Shown: one piece after another, positions 12,331 through 25,461 of the stretch | Layout of the letters: every line of letters starts with the position of its first letter | Position numbering within the stretch: the stretch's first letter is position 1 | DNA from: Ostrea edulis | Lineage: Eukaryota | Length of the DNA: 64,000 nucleotides | NCBI RefSeq assembly: GCF_947568905.1 | Contig: NC_079171.1 | Coordinates: forward strand, 42,780,001-42,844,000 | Direction: 5' to 3' | Position numbers and translations under genes: made by a program | The notes under the pieces: model-generated | Databases searched by the model: none | What the model was told of the DNA's origin: nothing | The model's input: the letters and a program-made list of their open reading frames with translations, nothing else

Positions 12331-13034
12331 CTACAGAATAAAGGTATTAAGTAGAGTTGTTTTTTAATTTGTCTTTTTCAAAGTATCGTCTCACAAACAT
12401 CACATAAAGTTATCATATAGAAGAATAAGTTTATGTAAAGAATTAAAAATACATTATCAATGCCAGATAAAGATAACTGCTATTTTTACTTATTAACTTA
12501 AGAATAAACTGGCAATATACTAAGTCAAAAATTATGATAAAACCTATATGAGATAAACAGCACAACTTAGATGGTTTGATTTTTTTTTATTTACTTTATT
12601 TAACAAGTTCAAAGATTAATTACAATTGCGAAGCTTAGTTGAGCGGTTCAAGGAGTTGAATAAAACGAATATTAAACTACACAATAAAGATTTCTTTAAG
12701 TATTCATGTCTAAACATAGTGCACTGATTGTCAAATAAGTTTTGTGCGTATTATTATTCACAGATGATGAAAGTGTTGAACATCGACTGTGAATTATCTA
12801 TTTAATGTAGAAAATCATTTTTTGTAGGAAACTATGTTTTCCACCATGCTTCATTTTCCATATTAACAATAGAGCATCAAATCTCTCCGAGGTATCTGTG
12901 TTATACTAAAGGTAAAACAATCTCAAAGATATAAGCATATAAAGAACAAAATCCCTTTGACCCTGTTTATAAATCATTCACTTCTGAACTTTTTATGCAT
13001 TAAAGGGGTAAAGAAAAAAGTCCTCAAATTAGAT

Positions 13035-13385
13035 ATACCAGAGGTTGGATCAGGTGCCTAGGAGGAGAAAACATTACCTGATGGTCAACTATCTATATCA
13101 GGCAACGAATTAAGCCATAGTAGAAATCGTCTAACAAATGTTATGAAACATGACAAAAGGGATTCGACCTAGTCATAGCTTGTATTCGCAAATTACATAA
13201 TCATAACGCCCATAAAATTTGCGAAATGCTGACTTTACGCCAAACTGTTGATACCCATGACACACTAACTTATTTGTCAGTAGTCTAGATTTTAAAGGAT
13301 CATTATATGTAGACCATGCTCTCGCGTATTTAATCATTTGAAAGACACAAATACCATATAGGAGTGATGAAGGGGACATTGACGA
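13035..13385 (-). mobile_element. Penelope-like retroelement 3' fragment
   Basis: Translates to ...YGICVFQMIKYARAWSTY...LLTNKLVCHGYQQFGVKSAFRKFYGRY, a PLE RT thumb-like tail; orthologous relics at about 28070-28430 and 43445-43680. Confidence 0.6.
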
Positions 13386-13939
13386 TATTTATTTTATTTC
13401 AAAATTTAAAGAAATATGTACGAAAATTAATTATGATTTTTAACACGATAGCTAGTCCTTTTCAAGATTTTTCAAAATATGCCAAAAGTGATAATTTTCT
13501 ATTCCTTTTATCTTTACGTATACTCAGATTGTTACAACCCTACCGACCGGGATAGCCTATTGGTTGTAGGACTTGCATCCTGAGCAGTAAGTACTGTTTC
13601 TGTTTTTTCAACAAAACCTAAGAACATGCAGGTTGTTGCTATTTCTTAATCAAGCTCCCGAATTGAGAATATTTTCTTCCTCTAAGTATCTAAGAATAAA
13701 CGTTAACTGATGGAATGACGTTTTCAGGTAAAATATGCCATGTGTTATATGTAAATTGCTGAGATACAGATACCAAGTTAAAAAAATAATGGTAAGTGTA
13801 TTCATGGTTTTATCGATTGTGAATACTAGTAAATGAACAATGATTAATGTGATAAATCCTTTAAAGAATACATTCTCAAGGGCAAACACGGACCCCAAAA
13901 CATACAGAGGTGAGACCAATTGCGCGTTAAGCAGACATA

Positions 13940-14287
13940 GATGAATTGATTGATTTTTTTCCATTATTTTGCGTCCCGTGGAAACCATTTCACAGTTATT
14001 GAAACGTCAACAGCTATAGGCGAAGTACCACAAATTAAGAGCTATACTTAGCGTTCAGAGTTGTAGCTGTGGGAATGCTTTATCACGCCTACGCCTGTCG
14101 CGACAAGGGACCCCCGTTTTTAAGTCCATACCCGAAGGATTCCGTGAGTCCCACTTGTAGATGCCGAACGTTTGGCGAATGAACAGTTACTACCTATTTT
14201 AACGCCCTAGGCCATAGCACGATCGGGGTTTGAAATCACGACCTCCCGGTTAGGAAGCGAACACTCTACCACTGACCTACCGTGACC
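13940..14287 (-). mobile_element. tRNA-derived SINE
   Basis: Head ggtcacggtaggtcagtggtagag (A box)...gtgatttcaaaccc (B box), about 250-bp body and an atcaatcaat-type tail. Confidence 0.75.
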
Positions 14288-14606
14288 ATACATGTATATA
14301 GAAAACTGTGTGATGTCCATTATATCGAGTTCAATGGGATATATCGATTCGACGTATGAAAAAAGTGAACGCTTCTGTTTACATAAGTTTTAAAATTGAC
14401 AACAATGGTAAAACGTAAGCAGTTTGATCATCAGACTTTTTATTGTCAGACACTGTGATACATAATCAAACAGAACGACATTTACCTTCGCAAACGACAC
14501 AGTCCTAGCGTTTTGTTACCCTTTATAATAAGGATTTAGAGAGAAATCAAAGTACATAAGGTGGGATATTTTAGCAATGCGTCATCGTCCAAGGTTGTAT
14601 GACAAT

Positions 14607-14609
<3 letters not shown>

Positions 14610-14656
<47 letters not shown>

Positions 14657-14790
14657 AAGCACTAAAATGTCAAACGAAAATAATTACATAACGTAATGTA
14701 GAGCTTTGTATAATTTTTCTTATACTTGACCTTGCATCGATGTTGTGGATCCAACACTTTGTGGTATCGGGTGTTGTTGGAACTTTAGTG

Positions 14791-14870
<80 letters not shown>
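14610..14870. repeat. Three (TA)n tracts enclosing a 137-bp segment with 10-bp inverted ends (MITE-like)
   Basis: aagcactaaa at 14657-14666 / tttagtgctt at 14784-14793. Confidence 0.6.
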
Positions 14871-14874
<4 letters not shown>

Positions 14875-15261
14875 CAATATATTCCAACAACATTCAACAT
14901 TAAACAAGTAATAAGATGTATTTACAATTAACACATTTAAAGAAAATTGTAACAGTAGCAACATACTAACTTGCAGTAGTTGAACAAGAACTATCAAAAT
15001 CGGTGGCGAACGGAATCTAAAGACACAAAATAGTTCATTCCAAAAACATAGTTCCCAGTTATAGAATAATCCAAAATGCCTAAAGTATTTGTTGAACCAG
15101 CACTTTTTTGTGAAAAATTCAGTGTATATATAAGAAGAGTGGATTTTCTAGTACAATCTTGAAAGACAATAATGGAACCATTACCCCATCTTTGCACTTA
15201 AGAAGAAAACATGAACATGACCAATTTAGAGCACAAGTGTCAATCAAGTGCAAGTACTTAC

Positions 15262-15327
15262 CTCTGTGTAGATGTTCTCATTCATTAGAGGCAATGATTT
15301 TTGTGCACTCTCCTTGCAAGCTGCCAT
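15262..15327 (-). CDS. Copy C' putative first coding exon c (MAACKESAQKSLPLMNENIYTE)
   Basis: attttgtag|ATG acceptor, GAG|gtaagt donor, 66 nt, homologous to exons a and b; homologs at 29771, 31243, 45009 and 46470. Confidence 0.7.
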
Positions 15328-17159
15328 CTACAAAATATCAATATTACTTTTGTGTAGAAAATTATTTGGGAATTGTCTTCTTAGAAACCACATGGAAATA
15401 ATATGCCATTTTTTTATGCCAGCATACATGTAACTTCATATCAAGTTGACTGATACAAAACAAAATTATCAAAAATATCACACCGCGTTGTTACATGTAA
15501 TGTGGCTCTATCTTTTTCATTTTCTTATTTCAAATACGGTATTCTATATCATCCATATATCATTTTAGAAGTTCATACAGAAACCGTTGTAAATTGTTGA
15601 ATCCAAGAAACAGATGAGACAATCCCATGGCAGAAACGAAAATTGGGTGGAATCTTAATGAGGAGTGGCATTAAATTAGAGCTTAAACTCAACATCAGTA
15701 CTTCAGAAATCATTGAGGATTTTTACCATATGACAGACATAAATTGTGATCATAAAGAAATATGAATATCTTTGTAATATTAGAACTTTAACTCTTGGTA
15801 CATCACACAACAGTTACAAGTATAAGTACAATATATTTGTCCACTTATGTGATAGAAAAACATACGTATAAAAATATCGCTTAAATGAAATGCAATGTTC
15901 CTTTAAGACAATACTGCATCATATAGAAGACTAAAGTCGATGTACTTACCACACATATTTCTTAGAAAACTCCACATAAACAGATCAAATTTTTAATATA
16001 ATATATTACACCGTGGATTTCACAACGTATCCAATTTGTAAAAGCCGTGTAAGACACAATGAAAACCGCCAATAATACTGCATTTGAAATTCTACGATGG
16101 GGAAGTGTGATTAGTATTCAGGAAGAAATATTTCTCTTGACCTCTATATGCGATCGGGGAAATAAAGACCATGAGGCGTAGTACTGCACCACTTGCACGG
16201 ACCGGTATGAAAAGATTCTTGCAGGGAACAGTTTGCTCGATACGCTGAACGGTCTGCAGGGAATAGTGAACGATTGAACGGAACGCTGAACGGTTAACTT
16301 CGGAAATAAAATAAAAAGATGCAAAAAGTGTATTGTCTTGTGATATTGATTATTCAACTTTTATTGATCCGTTGATCTGTTGAATTCGGGTGGTCAAACC
16401 TAGGATTTTGGTCCTTTTCAACCCTAGCTTTTCATGGACTTTTTATGCACCACTTTTGTTTTCAGAATAGATTCATACTGTATTTTATCGCATTATCGCA
16501 TTTGTTTTTGTAACAATATTGTAGCTCTGAGAACGATGTTGTGTAACACTATTATAGCTTGTATTTCCAGTCAATTTCATTTTACGTCATTTTAAATAAA
16601 TGACAACCTTACATACCTAATATGTCTTTCTACATTGAAGGAAACAGAATTGCAGCGTTGCCTTGGATTAACAGCATGAGTTAAACATAAACGAATTTAC
16701 ACTGAAAATGAGAAGGCTTATATAGGCGTTGCCTGCTGCCTAATCTTTACTATGTTATTCAAAATAAAATACTGTTTAAATCTTAACTGAAAATGAAATG
16801 CATAAGCAATTTTTATGTTTCAGGCCTCTGTTTCAGGCCCCAAAGACAGCTGTAAAATAAACCTATACAGTTTTAGGTGTTTGACAACAGATAAAAAGAC
16901 GTCTTATCAAACAAGATTGAAACATTTTCTCGCATAGGGAGAGGGTGCAGCTAAACATTCAATATTAACCAGTCGATAAGGAACTCTTTCCTTCGATAGG
17001 AAAGAGCAATAGAAATAAAAAAGGAAACAATCAAAATATTATTGAAATAAATTTAAAAATACACGTATGAATCAATAAAACAAATAAGGACGAATTACAA
17101 TTATGATCAACAGATTATTCAGTTATGTATGAGAGTATATGCGAGCGGATCTAACATTA

Positions 17160-17295
17160 AAGTTGAAAACAACGAACAGCGATCAATCTCATAACTCCTA
17201 TAAGCAATACAAAATAGATAGTTGGGCAAACACGGACCCCTGGATACACCAGAGGTGGGATCAAGTGCCGAGGAGGAGTAAGCATCCCCTGTCGA
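17160..17295 (-). mobile_element. Penelope-like 3' end fragment
   Basis: gttgggcaaacacggacccctggatacaccagaggtgggatc...ggaggagtaagcatcccctg, the same family as 33204-33530. Confidence 0.6.
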
Positions 17296-17510
17296 ACATA
17301 GAATTTTAACTAGATTGTTGTATATTTCTCAATTTTAAACCTATCGAAAGCTGTATTCATTTCTGAGCGAAAAAAAATTATAAAACACCTCTTTTGTCAT
17401 ATTTCAATTGCCCTCGCCGATTTCCACACCTTCTGTACAAATATTAAATTCAAATACCGGAATTAGCTGACCTCTATTATGAAAAAAGGCACCTTAGATT
17501 TTGTGTAGAT

Positions 17511-17794
17511 ATAATGTAAAACTGATACGGTGTCAATTTTGATGCACCAGATGCACATTTCGACAAATAATGTGTCTTCAGTGATGATCAACCGAAATCT
17601 TTGAAATCCGAAATTACTATGAAGTTTTAGAGCTAAATATAGCCAAAAAGGTGGAGCCAAATACGTCCAAGGATAAGAGCTATGCATGAGGGAGGTGATC
17701 CTTAGTTTTGAAATGAATTTCTAAATTTTGTAACAGCAATTAAATATACATCCGTATTTTCAAGCTAGTAACGAAGTACTTAGCTACTGGGCTC
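17511..17794 (+). mobile_element. Dispersed oyster-type (Helitron-like) repeat insertion
   Basis: Absent at the paralogous sites (about 33025 and 48765); homologous to 7171-7427. Confidence 0.55.
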
Positions 17795-18184
17795 TACAAG
17801 TATTTTATTTACGTTATACACAGGTTGGTTTTTGCATTATGCAGAAAGTTCCAAAAAACAATTTTGATGGAAATATTTTCATTTTAAAAAGTGACTTGTA
17901 GCAAGTGTAACACGACAAATTATTCCTATATACAAAACATGTGATAATTAAAACTAAAAAGGACATATACAGTGTATATACATGTATCATCCCTCTCTAC
18001 TTGCTGGAAACTACCTGTGGTGTTAGAAATACTTCGAGGGTTATAAATGTATCAAATTTTGTCCTGTTTGGTGTTTTTAAATAACTTAAGTTTCGATTAT
18101 TTGCAATTTTCCACTGTTGAAAGTCTGTCTTAGAGACTTCCCAACAATATTCACCTGTCTCAGATCTCATGTCGAAGTGACTCG

Positions 18185-18320
18185 CACGATCTGCACGGCC
18201 TGTATGTTTTTAAGGGCGTGGTGTACACGATCTGCGCGGCCTGTACGTTTCTAAGGACGTGGTGTGCACGATCGGCGCGGCCTGTATGTTTCTAAGGGCG
18301 TGGTGTGAACGATCTGCACG
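18185..18320. repeat. 41-bp minisatellite, about 3.3 copies
   Basis: cacgatctgcacggcctgtatgtttttaagggcgtggtgta unit. Confidence 0.9.
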
Positions 18321-19394
18321 TTTCTATCGACGTGGCTTGATCATGTATGGAACGATTTGCACGAAATGGTTTGCAATGAACGATCTTCAATGAATGGTGA
18401 ACGGTTTGCACGGAACTATGGATGATCTTTACGGAACGCTAAACGGTTTGCAAGGAACGGAAACAAACGCTTTGGAGGTGTGACAGCACGCTTCAGGATC
18501 TGTAGATGTTTTTTTAAGTGGTTGGCCACTTCATTCAGCTTTCCACTTAAAACTCATTCAAGTGCCTTAAAGCTTGAGGATGCTTGGTACACTATTTAAT
18601 CATTCAATTTCAAGATTTCTTAGTTTCGTTGATGGGTTAGTTTTTGATATGGTTTCCATATTTTGAAACATTATATATATATATAATGTCTTCGTTTTGG
18701 TTTCAAATTCTTTGATAATGGTAGCCATGCTTCAGGATGCTTGTACTATTTAATCATTTGATTTCCAGAATTTACAGTTTCCTTCTTGATTTGTGATATG
18801 ATTTCCGTGTGTTGAATAATTATACATGTCTTCTTAATTTTGTTTTAAATTCGTGTGATAATGGTATCCATGAACTGCACGAAAATGCACCCAACGAAAT
18901 CGAATGGCTCTACAGCATTACATATATTTGATCATCTGTAAATACAGCCTACTAATAAAGTGTTTATATTCACATTATTTGTGTAATTAATAAAACTCTA
19001 TGGTATATAAAATAAGACACTCTTATGAGTACTCATCAAATTAAAGGTAATTCCACCCGAGGGTTTGAAAAAAGTGGCAACACCAGAAGCTTTGCTAAGG
19101 GTTTTACTGTATTTTTGCAACTCCGAGGATTGAAATACTTTAATATTTCATGACTAATCATACGAGAGTATTTTGTTCTCATATATCTACTTATTTTGCA
19201 TTTTCCATGTACCCAGAGACGCCAGATTGAGAATTGTTAAATTGATTAAATTTTCACTATAGATTAAAACAGACACCAGCATCGGATTATACATGTATCG
19301 ATTGATGATTGAGTGAATAGTATTAGAGTTATTCCTCTTTGAATAAAAATAACTTAATATATCAACATGCCTGCACACACACAAAATAACACTT

Positions 19395-19985
19395 GTAATG
19401 ATATATTTACATTTCATAATATATTTACCGAAATACTTTTAACTACAATTCTTAGAATATTTACCAAAATACTGTTGTGACGATGATGTATCTACATTTC
19501 ATAAAATATTTACCAAACAACCTTTAACTACAATTCATAAGATATTTACAAAAACACTTTCAACTACCATTCATGAAATATTTACAAAAACACTTTTAAC
19601 TACATTTCATAAAATATATACCAAAACATCTTTAACTACAATTCTTAAAATATTTACAAATACACTTTTATTACGATACTATACTTACATTTCATAGAAT
19701 ATTTAAAAAAAAAAACAACAATGTTATGCCAATGATATATTCATATTTCAAAAATTATTTACAAATAACACTGATATCCACATTTCATAAAATATTCATC
19801 AAAACAATGTTATGAGAATGCTCTGCTTACATTTCATAAAATATTTACCAAAAGAATGTTATGACAATGCTATGCTTACATTTCAAAGAAAATTTACCAA
19901 AATAAATTCGAAAATTATCGACAAATAACACTGATATCTACATTTCATAACATATTATGACAATGCTATATGTACATTTGAAAAA
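19395..19985. repeat. Degenerate AT-rich tandem repeat downstream of the gene 3' end
   Basis: ttacatttcataaaatatttaccaaaac-type units; homologous arrays at about 35430-36080 and 53140-53680. Confidence 0.8.
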
Positions 19986-20652
19986 AAAAATCCTTTATGG
20001 TCTCGTATATGAAATGGGTATCAAAATATTCTATATTCTAAAGTCTATCTTTACTCGGCTGACCGTGAATAAATATCTAATGGGATGCGATTTCTGATTA
20101 AGAAATAATTCATATCAATCAAGAAACAAAACTCTTCTTACATTTAAATCTACACAGCAATGACGTGCAATTGTGTGTAAAACCTACCTCATTGTGTTTG
20201 AAGAGGTGTAACTTCTAAAGTAGACCATGGCATGATGAGCAGTCGTCAAGTGATTAATATTTTTACTGATAGCATTGATATTTTCAAATTCTCCCCGTGG
20301 AAGTAAAGTATATTCATAACAATATAATTAGCACTTGGAGTTCTGTGTGATATTACAATTACCACACAAAATAGTTGTTCCTTTCTCCTGCATACACGTC
20401 ATATCGTACCCTAACGTTGCCTCTAATATCAACAACAGTGTATCATATACAGTATTATTCATTTCATTCAGGTAAAAAGAAAAGGAAATCAAATAAAGTA
20501 TGTAATGACATATTTCGTGGACTGTACGTGGCACGACGAGGGTGATGCAGAATGAAGGTGTGTTTATTCTTTTACAATGTATGTATATAGAATATTTTCA
20601 TGGTGTAATGAACAAGTTGAAGAAATCGACATCGATCCATAATCTGCGGTGA

Positions 20653-21962
20653 TCATGGGACACATATGTCTGGTAGCACGACATTTCCTGCAAATCCGTG
20701 ACCGTCGTTCTTTCTATGACCATATAACAGCAAGCCAAAGACTGCGTTGTTTGTCGTCTTGACGTTAATAGCGCCATCCGATACATGTACCATCAGAACA
20801 ATGCACCGAACTTTCCTCACTGTCACAGGAGTATGAAATGTCCTCATATACTCAGTTAAGCTTCTTTTGTTTAAGGTAAGGTGCGGTAACGAACTTTAGT
20901 CAATTATTAAAGCAACATAATTACTTGTAAAATTGCTAGGAGTAACAACTGTATATTCATTAAGGTACTGCGTTACCCCGGGTATGGTTATCATATAAGG
21001 ATCGCCTGACGTGTCTGATCCAGCAGCAAAACTGGTAAACAGAACGGGTCGTTCTGATTCAATAACTGCAACTTGGTTTTCAGTGATTGAGAATTCAAAG
21101 TATCCTTGTGGAACTAAAAACACTGTTGTTTTCTTATTGCCAACATGATATGTCACCCTGCTTTTAAAAGGCGACACAACTTTCAGAATTGTTCCGTGCC
21201 TGTTTATGTTTGGCGGGGCAATATACGTATTATCCAATCTATCTACTGGTGGGATTTGTTCAACAAGATGACTACAGAATCCAGAGTCGTTTCTATTTTT
21301 AAAAGCTATTTTTGCACATCTGTTCCCTGAAAACACAGCAACAATAGACGACGCTTTGATGAATGTTCCAGATAAATCAGCATTATGCCTGATTTGATAC
21401 GTCTCAAACTCATTTAAAACAATAACGAATTCACTACCATCCTGATACTCAATCCCATCAACAGTAAGTGGTAGATTGGGTTCAAATCGGAATATAATTC
21501 TAACTTCTGTAGATTTATTTAAGGCGGCTATTGCAAACTGAACATAGTTGTATGTTTGGTTCGAGTACTCAGGAGTAGATATTATATAAGTGTTAGATAG
21601 GTGTTTCACTGGCAAAACCATGGCGCTGTCCGAAGATATTTTGTAATCATCAATGATAATGACAGAAGCGTCGATTGTGGTCTCAATAAGTATAGCTTTT
21701 TCTTCTATCTTAAAATACGACAGCATCATCCTATTCGGAACATTTATGTTTTTGACATTTGCCATCTGCGTTTTAACTTTAATATAAGTGGAAGTGGAAT
21801 CTAAGGCTTTGTCAAAAATGTTCAACTCAAAATCTCTCTCCGCCACAATATACACCGACTTGTCTGTGTTTAAAGCATTCGGTAGATTTTCTAGGAAACA
21901 AATGAGGTATGTCTGGTGAGAAGCTCCTGTCAAAAATGCAGAATCTAGAATTTCATATTGCT
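20653..21962 (-). pseudogene. Copy A terminal exon: IgGFc-binding protein N-terminal (FCGBP-N) domain with a premature stop
   Basis: Motifs DLSGTFIKAS..VAVFSGN.C...CSHLVEQIPPV and GDPYMITIP...QY; acceptor cctag|AG at 21962; GAA>TAA at 20896-20898 followed by 80 further in-frame codons matching copies B and C. Confidence 0.88.
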
Positions 21963-23346
21963 CTAGGTATGTAAAATAGATGATGTAAAAATATAATACA
22001 TTCTATAAAGTACAAATGATTTTAAAATGAATGTTTGCGTTGCTTTACACGAATAAGGTTCACGTTAATATTGATAATAAAAATAAATCAATTGGTCTTT
22101 TGGTTTGACTTACCACTAGTGATTCGGGGTTTGATGTCAATAGTACCGAAATACTTGTTAGGGCAAACCACCTGTCTTTGATTTGTTCGTGCTTATAAAT
22201 AGATAATATTCAATTAAGCTGATAACAAAATCAATAAACAGAAAAAATACAAAAAAAAAAAAAACTACTTCAAAGCATTCTTTCTCTTTCTCTCCAACTT
22301 CAGTTTATTGATAAAAGGTTGCAGAACCCGTTTAGATCTGTGTTTACCAATCATTAATGTTATCAGTTAATAAATGCTTTTAACATTATATCGTATACAT
22401 GCTATGATTAAATATTGTACGTTATGACTGATAACTAAAATAACCGAGTTGTGGACCGTGTCTACTCCTTCGTTCGTCTGTATGTCATCTTTAGACACAA
22501 CGTTTGCACAAATGTTTTTAATACCATTAAGAAGGGACATTAGTTACATGTAATTTATATAGTTATACAGGTACATGTTTTGAATGCTGCACCGAAGATA
22601 CAATTTATCCTCATCTGAATTGCAAAAACTAGATATACTGCCTTTACCACCATTGGACTTGAGATAACCCGCTTATTGGGGTTTAAAAGTAGATAAATGC
22701 TATCCGTAATACGTTTGGCATAAATTTCCGATAAGCGATTAAGTAGGAGTTTTCTTTTCTTTTTTGCTTTCATAACTGTTGAGGCACTATTTACCTTTCG
22801 CTTTATGAATCTTTGTACACTACGCATTCATTCACTGTTAACTTTCATTATAAGGTAACCAGTTAACATATAAACTTCACTCGACGTTTACCAAAAGACT
22901 TATCAATTGGTAAGTGATAAAAAATGGGATTTTTTTTTTATTCTTGTTCAACTGTAAAGAAAAAAAGAGTACATAAGTACACTATTCTGCCTAAATAATT
23001 ATGAAACATGTTTCGTGTATTTTTGGGGTAAGTGTACTCTGCAAATGGATAGTACTACGACAAAATTACATCTAACATTTGCTGTTTATGGTTAAAGCTT
23101 TCTATTTTGATGTTTCATTGAAAGGAATGTAACATAAGTAGGTAAAGGAAGTTCAGTAAATCATACACAATGCGTGTTTAGAAACATATTTCACATTTGT
23201 TGAGGTTTAATAGTTGGATACTTATATTGGAAATTCCAATAAGTTAAATGAGATTGTAATGAAAATATTACAGATGAAGTTTTGGGAAAAATAAATCGTT
23301 GTGTATATAGTATATATATAAAGCTTTACATGCAAAATTGTGATAC

Positions 23347-23515
23347 CCTTTCCCTTTTGTTCCTGTTCCACGTTCTGTAGAATGAGAATGGATGACAGTA
23401 TGACGATGATTATTAGCACAACAATTAGTGCTATAACATAATTCCTCCTATTTTTCTTTTTCTTTGCAGCTGTATCGGTATGGGAAAAAACATCTGATTT
23501 GCATTCTGTTTTCAG
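23347..23515 (-). CDS. Copy A transmembrane exon (LKTECKSDVFSHTDTAAKKKKNRRNYVIALIVVLIIIVILSSILILQNVEQEQKGK)
   Basis: ttccag acceptor (phase 0), G|gtatca donor (phase 1), 169 nt; joins the terminal exon in frame (G+AG = Glu). Confidence 0.85.
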
Positions 23516-24748
23516 CTGGAATAGAAATATCACCGAGTTAGGATAGAAGTGTATAGGATATAAATAACCTGGGTATATGTTAGAGTTTCAAGCCACGCCC
23601 TATCAACTACGTGCAACGGTAGCAATTATTCATGGTGTGGATTTATTTTAAAATGAAGGCAAAGGTTATTGAAGAAATGTAGTTTAATGAAGAAAAAATT
23701 GTGAAATATGTTTCTGAAATAAATAGACCTCTCAGTATTATATCCTGTTTTGGAGTCTTTTCTAACTTTTGCGAGGGATTTCGAAATCAATCATTTAACT
23801 TTAAGAAACAATTTTGTCTTGATTCTCTAGCTGCAAGCATTAAACCGTAATGCTGGAGATATATCAGCGCTTCTTTGTGATGTTAGGTTTCCTTGATGTA
23901 TTTATTTGAATCTTGTTTTATCTCCATTAGAAACTCTTTCCCTGATACAGAAAGGTTACCAGCTGTGGATTTAATACCATAAATCATGACCAATGCATGA
24001 CACTCTGGTTGATTGCAAAGGGAGATTCTTTATCAAACCAAACCTTAACGTGATTCGGAATGTGAAAGAGTGAATGTATAGACATGCGATCAATCTCATA
24101 ATTCTTTAAAAACAAATATGAAATTAAGAGATTCAGAATAGCGCAAACGCCGCCCCTGGAGAACGAGAATATTTATACCCTGAAAGGTAGCAGAAAATGC
24201 TTTGGTGAAATAAGTAACTCATTTAGAATTATAGAAAAATCCAGCATCTGTTCAAATTCATAAATTCAAGAACTAAATAATTGTACAGGTAAATGAATGT
24301 AAATGTAAATGATTGTACAGTTAAATAATTGTACAGTTAGATAATTGTACAGATAAATAATAATACAGTTAAATAACTGTACAGGTAAATGATTGTACAG
24401 TAAAACAATTGTACAGTTAAGTAATTGTACAATTAAATAGTCGTACATGTAAAACTTGTTCAGGTAAATAAAAGTCGTATAAATAAAAATTATGCTGTTA
24501 AATAATTGCAGAGGTAAAACGTCTACAGGTAAAGAAGTGTACAAGTAAAAGATTGTACAGGCAAATAATTGTAGAGGTAGTTATATGTAGAATTAAAAAG
24601 TGTACAAATAAATAATTGTGTATTTTGATAATTGAATAGTGATAAAGATATAAATATAACGTCTGGAACACTCATGACATTTAAAATATATTTTTAATTT
24701 CACTTTTTAATGGTTTGAATGTTAAATGCCCTGTATCTCTCTCTGTTT

Positions 24749-24751
<3 letters not shown>

Positions 24752-24801
<50 letters not shown>
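24752..24801. repeat. (GA)n microsatellite
   Basis: Direct observation. Confidence 0.98.
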
Positions 24802-24804
<3 letters not shown>

Positions 24805-25181
24805 AGCAATGACCTTTTTAGTGACATCTGCAGACTCTGTGGTCTGGAGCTAACCCAGAGAGGTGTTTTGATAACAATAACAGCCAGTATCTACAGACAT
24901 TCTTTAGATCTTGAGGACGCCCAGTATACCTGATGTTTTGATACCATTGACCTGTCCACAAGTGATATTTTCTTGCAATTAAATTGTTTTTAAAAAGACC
25001 ACTGAACAATGCAATTTCAAAATAATTTTGATTGTTTCCCCTCTATACACATGTACATGTATTATAAATTACACAAACATAAATGAAAGAATAATTAGCA
25101 CAATGATATCTAAATCTTGTAACTTATTGAAATGATTTATGTCATCAATTTATGATACTTCTATATTAATAACCGAGATTA

Positions 25182-25332
25182 NNNNNNNNNNNNNNNNNNN
25201 NNNNNNNNNNNNNNNNNNNNNNNNNNNNNNNNNNNNNNNNNNNNNNNNNNNNNNNNNNNNNNNNNNNNNNNNNNNNNNNNNNNNNNNNNNNNNNNNNNNN
25301 NNNNNNNNNNNNNNNNNNNNNNNNNNNNNNNN
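25182..25332. other. N gap (151 nt)
   Basis: Run of N; the paralogous position (40840) is a (GA)n tract. Confidence 0.99.
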
Positions 25333-25461
25333 GGAATAGGAATACAACCATTATCCAAACACTATGACTACATATACTCTGGAGAGGTCCCTATGTATAT
25401 CAAAGCTATAAAAAAGCACAGACAGGTAGATTTCTACCATGTTCTGTCTCTGTGTATTTCT

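Noticed and set aside
15500-16300. Coding-looking plus-strand block, reiterated in units A and B upstream of exon c
   Set aside because: Multiple stops and frameshifts differ between copies and I recognised no family; likely an old unidentified repeat.
22555-22827. 90-aa basic ORF inside the TM/terminal-exon intron
   Set aside because: The frame is not kept in B or C, and the flanking exons already join in phase.
22795-22834. 40-nt AG/GT-bounded segment present in all three introns (would read VNECVVYKDS*)
   Set aside because: No polypyrimidine tract, and conservation is no higher than the surrounding intron; only RNA data could revive it as a poison exon.
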